Shown here: piece after piece, positions 55,864-64,000 of the stretch
Layout: each line of letters opens with the position of its first letter
Numbering within the stretch: position 1 is the stretch's first letter
DNA from: Eledone cirrhosa
Taxonomy: Eukaryota
NCBI GenBank assembly: GCA_964016885.1
Contig: OZ024740.1
Location: forward strand, 110,050,001 to 110,114,000
Reading direction: 5' to 3'
Length of the DNA stretch: 64,000 nt
Notes under the pieces: generated by a model
What the model was told of the DNA's origin: nothing
The model's database searches: none
The model's input: the letters and a program-made list of their open reading frames with translations, nothing else
Made by a program: the position numbers and the translations under genes

Positions 55864-57172
55864 CATCGTTTAACGTCTATCTTCCACGCTTGCATGGGTT
55901 AGACGGGAATAGTCCCACTTGAGGCAAGATTGATTGAGTGACCATGTCTCGCTGGTATAGAACTGTATCTGGCAGGTTTTCTACAGCTGGATGCCCTTCC
56001 TAACACCAACTACATTTACAGTGTGGACTGGGAGCCTTTTTACCGTGTTTCCTACACGGCCACATTACAGCATGAACTGTGTGGTTTTTTTTTGTCGTGA
56101 CACCTACACAACCTCTTTAGTTTGGACTGATGTTGTGGTACCAACATAACTTTACAGAGAAAGGGTGGTGTTGGTGGGAGTGGGAGGATGAAGTAGGGGT
56201 AGTGGGTTGGGGTGCATATTTGGTTAGGAGGGGCCTACTGACTGTAGGTTAACTTTGCATGCAGGGAAGGCGGGTCTTCTGTATTACTGCGTGGCGCCAA
56301 AGATCTCGGTCCAGTGACATTGTCTTAAAGAGGTGTAAGTGTGTAAGGTTGGATTTTATCATGTCATCTCAGGTTTTTCTGGGTCTACCTACTCCGTAAC
56401 TTCTATCAGTTTTGATCGCCCTGCACTTTTTTTATACAGCTGTCGTCTTCCATGCGCATCACATGACCATACTAATGTAATCTTCTCTCTAGTAAACAGT
56501 ATCTGATCCCTCTTATTCCTAATTTCTCAGTTCATTAATGTTTTGCCGTTCATGTATATTACTATTACACATCTAATGGAGCATGCATGCTTCGTTCCTT
56601 TCCAATCTGTGCAAGTTCTCCGCACACAATGCCCGTGTCTCACTGCCATGTAACATTGCTGTTCATATACAAGCATCATACAATCTGCCTTTCATTTTTA
56701 GAGAGAAACCTTTAGCGGCCAATAGTGGTATAACTCCCTGAACTTTTTCCATTCCATTCTAACTCTGGATACTGTACTTTCAGAGCACTCTCCACGACTG
56801 TCTATTTTGTCACCCAGATAACAGACAGTGTCCATATTTCTATAGAACCATCTGGACAGTAGAAGGAGCTAGTATCATGTGGGCACTTGCTACTGAGCAT
56901 CAGCCACATATAAAATCTATATTCTTAGATAGCTTGCCTGTGATGCCACTACATCTTTTATGTACCCATAGTTTGCATTTGGGGCATAGAATGGAATTTC
57001 TATCTACTCCTTTCCTACACATTGAGCATGGCCCTTTCCCAGAGGGCACCTGTGCCCTATTTTCCTTTCTACATACTAGAACTTTATTCTTAGACAAGTT
57101 AACTTTAAGGCCTTTTGATTCTAGGCCATGCTTCCATATTTGGAATTTCTTCTCTAGTTCAGCCATAGATTC
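55861..57172 (-). mobile_element. 5'-truncated RTE-clade LINE: RT C-terminal part with PHD-like Cys insert, 3' UTR, (GAT)n tail; degenerate
   Basis: SMAELEKKFQIWKHGLESKGLKVNLSKNKVL..CSMCRKGVDRNSILCPKCKLWVHKRCSG, followed by CYLGD..WKKFREL..KGRLYDAC..MLHGSET motifs with stops and frameshifts. Ends GACGTTAAACGATGATG. Confidence 0.92.
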
Positions 57173-57204
<32 letters not shown>

Positions 57205-57739
57205 ACATAAATACGTATGTATATATATAGAGAGATATTTATAGACTAAGAAAAACATGTATTTTTTAAAAGACTACATCTAAAAGAAAGGACTCAATAA
57301 ATGATATATTGACGAAAAAATACCTTACATTTGTATAAGTGTTTCAATAAATAAATAACACAGATATATATTCATACATATATAGAAACACACATGAATA
57401 AATATATACATATTGTGAGACACATCCATACACATATTTAGACATTATGCATATATATATAGAGAGAGATAGATTGACATACTGGTACCTATTACTACAG
57501 GGAAGTTACTATACTTAAATATATGAGTAAGTCTACCATCTAAGCATGACATTGCAGGAATCCTATTTTGCTCAGAGCCAATTTTATGTAGGATGCCCCC
57601 TATTGGTTAAAAAAAAAAAAATTAAATTAGTGTATCCTGAGGTGATGTCATGACAGTGTTCAGAATTCCAACATCAATGATTGTTATAGATCTAATATCA
57701 TAAAGCTAGGATTAATCGCAATTCTTAATGCCATTCAAT

Positions 57740-57810
57740 GTTTCGTTCCTGGCCAGTTCCAATATCTGGATATGTGGGTTATCTCTGGGCACTCCAGTTT
57801 CCACACATAA
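57740..57810 (+). mobile_element. Degenerate SINE core fragment
   Basis: GTGGGTTATCTCTGGGCACTCCAGTTTCC resembles the widespread metazoan SINE core GTGGGTTTTCTCCGGGCACTCCGGTTTCC (recalled). Confidence 0.45.
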
Positions 57811-58264
57811 AAAGAATGATTTTATTTCTATTGGCAGTGTATTTCCTTACACTAATTCTTAGACTTCTTTTAAGAATTAAAGTATTAAACAAAAAAAAGA
57901 TAAAACATTATATTTAATAGTTTCAAATTAAACCTATTTCCACTTTCATTTAATTCTGTGTTATTATTTCAAATGCATGGATTAACTATATGGCATCTCT
58001 TCTGATACAAACCCATACAAACCAGCTTTAGTTATATTAAATAAATGCAGTTATTTGAAAGGGTTCTTATCTAAATTAAAATCTTACAACATAATTTTAT
58101 ATAAGAACTATATATTATTTTACTATTTTAGTAATGAAATAATAATTTCAGTAAATCTGTCAAAATTCTTCATTAATTAATTGAAATACAGTGTATTTCA
58201 TAAGAAACCAAAACATAATAAGGGTTTAAAAAGAGGTTGAAGTCTGTTTGAAGCCCAGAGGTTC

Positions 58265-58445
58265 ATCAGGGCAAAGCTGATCTCGGTTTCATTTAACTGG
58301 CTACTCATTTTCACCTAAGTTGACAGCAGCTATGTGAAATAAAGTGTTTTGCACAAGAGCACACTACATCACCCAGTTATGGACTCAATCTCACAATATT
58401 ATGATTGTAAGCTCAACACTCTACTCAGTGGTTCACATGCCTTCA
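58265..58445 (-). mobile_element. Old SINE copy (head and core) related to the 53570 family
   Basis: ATGTGAAATAAAGTGTTTTGCACAAGAGCACACTACATCACC aligns to ATGTGAAATAAAGTGTCTTGCTCAAGGAAACAACACATCACC at 54641. Confidence 0.7.
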
Positions 58446-58699
58446 CTGATGTATCAAAATATACTGTTCATTTTGAGTATATATGTAGAACACATTGCAT
58501 TAGACACTGGAATCCTGTTTTGTGGAGGAAAAAATGAATTTCTTAAATGAAAGACAATTTTTCAAGAGAAATCCAATAAAGTGAATATATCTTCATTAAG
58601 AACAATTTTGGTATATTTATAGCTGTTTCATACTGCGCCATATCAAATGTTCTACTAGATTATGGCTGTATAAAATGGAGGTCAATGTAATGAACTGGA

Positions 58700-58762
58700 A
58701 CCTTTGAAGATGGTGCTCCAGCATGGCCAAAATGCAATGGTTGAAAGAATAAAAGAAGAGAG
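58700..58762 (+). mobile_element. 3' tail of the second SINE family
   Basis: TTGAAGATGGTGCTCCAGCATGGCC..TGAAAGAATAAAAGAA; matches the recalled octopus SINE tail and 53961-54005. Confidence 0.5.
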
Positions 58763-59004
58763 AGAGAAGTAAAAAGGTGTGTTTGTGTGTACGTTTGTCT
58801 ATAAAAGTAAGGAGGAGGTGGTGGAGGCTGAATATGAGGAGGTAAAGGAGTGGAGAATGGACTACACAATTTGAGAAATAAAATCAGTTTTAACAAACAC
58901 CACTGACATTTAGTATGAGTCACAGTGAATCTCAACCATTCCATAGAACAAAGATAGCGGAAGAAAGAGGAAGTGGAGTTATATGTACCTATATTTTTCA
59001 TACT

Positions 59005-59180
59005 GTGAATGTGAGTGGCTTAGTGGTTAGTGTTTGGCTTCTGTTTGTAGAGGCATGAGTTCAATTCCCAGCAATGCATTGAGTTGTTGGGCAAGACACT
59101 TTATTTCATGCTGTTCTGGTCCATTCAACTGGCAGCAAAATGAGTTGTATTTGTAATTTAACAGTCTAGCCTAGTCATAT
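59005..59180 (+). mobile_element. Degenerate tRNA-derived SINE head and core
   Basis: A-box TGGCTTAGTGG, B-box GAGTTCAATTCC, core GGGCAAGACACTTTATTTCA. Confidence 0.75.
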
Positions 59181-59324
59181 TAAATATCCCTGAAATGCTC
59201 AACCTGTTATTTCCATGAGTAGGCTGTTCCATGGAAGACAATCAAAACCTTTAGCAATTTAGTCAATTTCTAATTTAGTCAAGATCTGCAATATTGAGCC
59301 AAGGAAAGGTCAATTAAATTGGCC

Positions 59325-59458
59325 CTATTACTTGACTGGTACTTTGTTTTATTGACCCTGGAAGGATGAAAGGTAAAGTTGACCGTGACAGGATTTGAAC
59401 TCAGAATATAAAGAGTCATATCTAAATGCTATAAAGCATTGTGTCAAACAACTTAACA
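59325..59458 (-). mobile_element. SINE fragment with Nin/Deu-like core
   Basis: ACTTGACTGGTACTT..ATTGACCCTGGAAGGATGAAAGGTAAAGTTGACC..GGATTTGAACTC; minus-strand B-box GAGTTCAAATCC. Core assignment is from memory. Confidence 0.7.
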
Positions 59459-59469
59459 AAAATATCTAG

Positions 59470-59684
59470 TTCACCCTATAAAGTGATAGTGCTGGTGACA
59501 TGAAAAAAGCTCCCAATACATGCTGTAAAGTGGCTAGTGTTAGGAAGGGTATTCAGCCACAGAAAGCCAAGCCAAAAGGGAATGTATGAGTCAGACATGG
59601 TCACCTGACCTGTCTAGCCTCAGAGTGTGACAGCTTGTTTAACCTTGCAAGCATGGAGAATAGATGTTATATGATAATGATGAT
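59470..59684 (+). mobile_element. RTE-type 3' UTR fragment carrying a satellite-like 47-bp internal repeat
   Basis: GTGTTAGGAAGGGTATTCAGC..AGACATGGTCAC..AACCTTGCAAGCATGGAGAATAGATGTT..GATAATGATGAT is colinear with the RTE tail at 55861. Confidence 0.8.
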
Positions 59685-59846
59685 TAAATAATGTTATAAA
59701 TGTCTATAAATTATTGAATGAAAATACAAATAAGAGCACTTATAAAATGTGGGATTTCCATATGTCCTGCAAATTATTATCATTATAATAAGGGTGGTGG
59801 AACAGCAGAAATGATAGGGCCATATAACATATTTTATGGTTTTTAA

Positions 59847-60470
59847 TCAGCAGAAGTACCTGACGTTGCCCGCGTTAAAAAAATTTTAATCAAAACTTGA
59901 AAACTTCTAACATAGCTGTTTCTTGTATGTAACATATCGTATAATTGCAATATGATTGCATACTTTCTTTTTTTATTCCTTTCATATCTTGTCTGTGCTT
60001 GGGTTTTAATATCACTGATGGAATACAGTTGTAAATATTTTGGTTCTTCTTCTGAAAGTGGCTGAAGTGGTTCAATTCTATGGTACACTCGTCCTTGGAT
60101 CTTGAAAGTCGGCATGAAGCTACCTTCATTGATGACATTTGCACCAAATGATGTTGTTAGGAATGCATTATGGTACTTCTGGCTATCTTGAAGAAAGTGT
60201 TTTGATTCAGTAGTTATACCAATCAGCAGTCCCTTCAAGGGTTCTGGGGATTCAGGTAATAGTTTAATCTTTCCATTTAAACAGCAAAATCCAGTTGACT
60301 CATCATTCCATTTTTTAGCACTAAAATTTGGACTAATTTTGTTAATTGAGGAAATTCGAGCACATGTCTGTTGTATCAGAGTCGTGATCTCTCAATTCTG
60401 AGAGGTAGCGGTTCTACCTGAAGTGATTCTCTGATCTCTGAGCTACGCACTCTATTGAGTAACGTTACTC
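59847..60470 (-). mobile_element. Internally deleted Helitron: RepHel N-terminal fragment joined to a 3' terminus
   Basis: Frame from ~60350 reads AKKWNDESTGFCCLNGKIKLLPESPEPLKGLL..SKHFL..YHNAFLTTSFGA..FMPTFKIQGRVYHRI..PKYLQLY, matching Helitron RepHel N-terminal motifs (CCxxGK, YNxAFxxTSFG, F(K/R)IxGxxYHRI). Ends GCGGGCAACGTCAGGTACTTCTGCTGA-T (CTRR). Confidence 0.85.
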
Positions 60471-60489
60471 CAAAGACCTTTGGAGGAAC

Positions 60490-61690
60490 CCCATTTCAAC
60501 CACTTGTATTCGTGATCTTAATCTTTCGGTCATTACCCAAGATTCATAACCATAGCTAAGGGTTGGCATGAATACCAAACTGAAGATAGCGAGTTTGGCT
60601 TGATTACTGAAGCTGGCACATTACAGCACTAACACCTGCAATTCTTGCACTTAATTCAGCCTCCTGCCTTCCATCACTTGTGAACATGGTCCCGAGATAT
60701 TTGAACTTCTCCACTTGCTTCAGTGGAACTCCATTTACATGTAGAGTGCAGTGCAGTTTTTCTTGAAAGGACGAGTGTCTCAATTTTTACAGCATTGATT
60801 TTCGTTCCAGCCAAGCAGCACTCGGCATCAAACCTATGCAAGTTGGAGATCACCTTCTGTCAAGTTAAGTAACACCATGTCATCTGAAAATTCCAGCTGA
60901 CTGATTTTACAGCTGCCAGTCATGATACCTATTCCAACCTGGCTGTGCATGTCAATCCTGTTCATGAAAATAATGAACAGGAGCAGTGATAGTACACCTC
61001 ACACATTGCAGAGTCCAATTTAGCATTGAATGGTTTTGATTTAGCACCATTTATCTGAACTCAAATACTCAGGCATTTCTATAGAGACATCAGAACAGCA
61101 AGAAGTTGACCATTGATCCCATACTTCTGCACAACCTTCCACAGCAGGTCACAAGAAAAATGATCATATGCCTTTTCGAGGTCGACAAAAAACAAAAAAA
61201 TACCCCTTGGAAATACTTCCACAATTTTTCAAAGACCTGCCAGTGTGAATATTTGGTTGGCTGAGCTGCGTCCGGGGCAAAAACCGCACTGTTTATTGGC
61301 TAGCTTAGACTCTACAATCTCCCTGCATCTGTTTGCTAGACACTTAGCATAGGCTTTACCAGGAAGGCTTAACAAGGAGATCCCACTATAATTGGGACAA
61401 TCTCTCTTTTCTCCCTTTTTGAAAATTGGATTTATCACTCCCGATTGCAATTGCTTAGGTGCCTTTCCAGAGATCCAGGCCACCTGGCACACACAAGTCA
61501 GCCAGAGAACACCTTTATTTAAGGTTTTTAACATTTTTAGCTGGATTTCTTCTTCCCCAGCAGCCTTGCCACATTTGAGCTCTTTAATTGCTCTTGTGAC
61601 CTCAACCCCCGATAGATTAGTCACCACTCACAGATACATTTCATGTTCATCAGAAGATGCTGTTGTGATTGGGTTTAGGTCTGAAGAGAG
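60490..61690 (-). mobile_element. RTE-clade LINE reverse-transcriptase fragment (second family, Rex3/Expander-like), pseudogenised
   Basis: EVTRAIKELKCGKAAGEEEI..VINPIFKKGEKRDCPNYSGISLLSLPGKAYAK..QCGFCPGRS, then FVDLEKAYD, VEKFKYLG and PTLSYGYESWVMTERLRSRIQ motifs with frameshifts. Confidence 0.9.
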
Positions 61691-61999
61691 GAGAACCCCA
61701 GAAATGTTCCTGTTAGCAAATGGTTAATAAAAAACAAACATTATTATAATTCATGTCTTACAATTGTATTAAAAAATGTTTATCAAAAAGCTCTACCAAA
61801 AGTGGGAGTCTTAATGAGGTCGGTTGACCAGCTAGAAATAGCAGCCAACTTCCCCTCCCATCATACACTATCATGTTAAACAAAAAAATAAAAGAAACAG
61901 AACAAGATACAGTATACAGGAATAAATATACCATTGATAGGTCTAATGTTAAGATGACATTTAGAATGTAAGGTGGAAGGAAGTAGTGAGAGTATTTAC

Positions 62000-62092
62000 C
62001 TGTTTCTGTTTTCTTCTCTTCATAATTCTTCATGAAATCACGGATAGAACCATTTCTCCAGCCGCCGTTAATTGGTATGGTTTTTGGACCTC
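62000..62092 (-). CDS. SELENOJ: Internal coding exon (93 bp, phase 1-1) of a selenoprotein J / J1-crystallin-like ADP-ribosylglycohydrolase family gene
   Basis: Minus strand: acceptor TTGTTGTTTCATTAG|GA at 62093/62092 and donor ACAG|GTAAAT at 62000/61999. Open frame xGPKTIPINGGWRNGSIRDFMKNYEEKKTETG resembles the recalled SelJ segment LPIxGPWRHxSxKxFLKNxxxGKxETG. Family call is from memory and needs BLAST confirmation. Confidence 0.68.
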
Positions 62093-62159
62093 CTAATGAA
62101 ACAACAACATGAACTTAATACTTTGTCAAACACAAAATTCTTGAAATTTTGTACTTCCT

Positions 62160-62420
62160 CAGCACCATCATTGTTATGTTCCATACTTGTAGAGGAAGGA
62201 CAAGTCATGTCCAGCATAGCTTTTCACAACTTGTTGCATTTCTTTATCATCTGGGGAGTTCAGTGTCCTGAGATCATCTCTCTCCACTTCTGTCTAGATT
62301 TTACTTGGTCTTCTTTTTCTGCATCCCTCTTCCATCCGAAACTCCTGGCACTTCATTGATCATATCCCATGTATGTATCAGTACAATCTCTTTCACACTA
62401 CATCTAATTCCCCTTGTGTG
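62160..62420 (-). mobile_element. Highly degenerate RTE 3' end (intronic)
   Basis: Minus frame CQEFRMEEGCRKRRPSKI*TEVERDDLRTLN resembles the RTE C-terminal G.R.RGRP.KTW.E....DL motif, followed by a CAAGTATGGAA..AATGATG tail. Confidence 0.55.
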
Positions 62421-62571
62421 CATTTTCTTTTCACTTCACTTGTGCTTTTTCATACATGCACATATTTAAAAGGAAATTTTTATTTTGTCGGAATCACCTC
62501 ATGTTGATTATGCCTTGAATTCATTTCACATAAAAGCTATAGAGGTGAAAATACAGAGATACAAATATATT

Positions 62572-62990
62572 TAGGGGTTGCACTGTTTGGTGCTTTTTGA
62601 ATGCTCTGCCAAAATTATGCAAAAAGCTTACTTTAACATTTTTTGATTGTAGATGGGTTGCATTTTTTGTCACTTATTGTCTGTATACATGCAGGAGACG
62701 TTTCTACTATTTATAGAATCCCAAACAGAAAAGAAATGAAACATAAACTTAAACTATGTAGAAGTAATTTTACATCTGTGAGTTGATAATTCAACATCTT
62801 GAGGAAATTTTTGACATTGCAAGCCAGAACGTTCTTGAACAAAAGGATGTCCCATCTGAAGACAAAGCTTTCCTTGAGACACAGTGAGAAGATCAGATGT
62901 CTTCATCTGGTGTTGATGCAGAACATGTGAGAGCTATTCAGAAGAAGGAAAAGAAGATACATGATATAAAAGTAAGAAAGAGAAAGCAGG
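62572..62990 (+). mobile_element. Possible degenerate DNA-transposon remnant (hAT/hATm-like N-terminal region)
   Basis: HLEEIFDIASQNVLEQKDVPSEDKAFLETQ*EDQMSSSGVD resembles a recalled LFDIA..EDKxFLxxQR..GVD transposase-associated motif; a TAGGG start lies at 62572. Confidence 0.35.
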
Positions 62991-63000
62991 ATGAAGAAGT

Positions 63001-63056
63001 TGCTGTCTAACCCATGCTAGCGTGGAAGATGGGCATTAAACGATGATGATGATGAA
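63001..63056 (+). mobile_element. Very short RTE 3'-terminal insertion
   Basis: GTCTAACCCATGCTAGCGTGGAAGATGGGCATTAAACGATGATGATGATGA matches the reverse complement of 55861-55905 and 54101-54147. Confidence 0.85.
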
Positions 63057-63424
63057 ATCTTCAAGTCAGTACCGTCCCGAAAATCCCTGTGATTAAAACT
63101 GACTCAACGCTACTCTTGTTGCCACATAGGAACAGGAGAAACTATTGGTATGACACACCTGATGACAGATCCTGGCTAGTCCTCCACAGGGATAAAGAAT
63201 TATTACCATCAATTTCCTAATCCAACACACTGAGTGACTTTGTTAAAAGGAAAACAAATTTTTCTATCTGTTCAATATCTTCCCAAACAATTTGGATTTT
63301 TGCATTGATGATATCAAAGTATCTGTTGAACGAGATATTTGTCTTATAAAGAAGTTTGATGTTCTACAAAGGATGTAAATCAGAAACAGTTCCTCCTAAA
63401 AATAGTTGTGGAGCAAAGGAAACA

Positions 63425-63690
63425 AAGAGGACAAAGAGGGCTTTTATAAATTTCATTCACAAAAAAGTGTTTCTGTCTTTAAACCCAATATTATTGCATT
63501 TAGAACATATTGGTTCTGTTTATTTTCATTTCATTTGTCTGCTTATTATCCTTTCAATAAATCCTCCAGAGGACAAAGGGAGCCGTTCCTGGTAATAAAT
63601 TTCATTCATAAATAGTTTTCTCTACTTAACCCCATTATTATTGTATATTTAGAATATATACCTCCTGCTTATTTTCATTTCATTTCGTAC
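63425..63690. repeat. Imperfect local direct duplication, period ~140-150 bp
   Basis: AGAGGACAAAG..ATAAATTTCATTCA..ATTATTG..TTTAGAA..TTATTTTCATTTCATTT occurs at 63427-63537 and again at 63568-63686. Confidence 0.75.
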
Positions 63691-64000
63691 TGTGGTGTGG
63701 TTTCCCCATGGGATTCAGTAAAGTGATCAGAAAGGATAATATACCACAGGCCAGGTCCCCAAAATAAACATCATAAGTAAAAAGATGTGAAAGTGTGCAA
63801 CTTCTAAATATTATTCGATTGGCCTATAATTCAGCATACTTTGTTATTTTGACTCAAACACGGGTGTAATCGACATGAGATGATAAGTAATAGTTTGCAA
63901 AATGAAACACTCTAATGCACACTAACACTATATGTCCAGTGAAGAATGCTAGCCTCATTTCTCTCTAGCTTTTGCACATCCTCTATGTTCAATGACCATT

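Noticed and set aside
61758-62033. 91-aa ORF MKNYEEKKTETGKYSH... as a standalone gene
   Set aside because: Only the first ~11 codons fall within the exon; the rest reads through the GTAAAT donor into intron.
62200-62225. Minus-strand YAG codons (CCAGCATAG on +) as the next SelJ exon
   Set aside because: It lies upstream of the identified exon (wrong order) and within a degenerate RTE 3' fragment.

Overview
Eukaryotic, repeat-dense window; the SINE/LINE families and (TA)n/(CA)n load suggest an octopus or other coleoid cephalopod (from recalled repeat motifs, not a database search). Bases 1-~51,670 are one head-to-tail satellite array of a 48-bp monomer (about 1,075-1,080 copies, open at the left edge), built from nested multi-kb duplications. 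The giant Cys/Thr 'ORFs' are most likely an artefact of a 48-bp unit with one stop-free frame. The last ~12.3 kb is a mosaic of CR1 and RTE LINE fragments, tRNA-derived SINEs (including a near-identical inverted pair), a Helitron remnant, a 40-bp minisatellite and microsatellites. It also holds one 93-bp minus-strand exon (62000-62092) resembling the selenoprotein J / J1-crystallin (ADP-ribosylglycohydrolase) family. Main observations: the satellite monomer is homologous to a 47-49-bp internal repeat in the 3' tail shared by the neighbouring RTE LINEs and SINE, and no downstream exon is visible before the array, so the array may sit inside a >62-kb intron of that gene.
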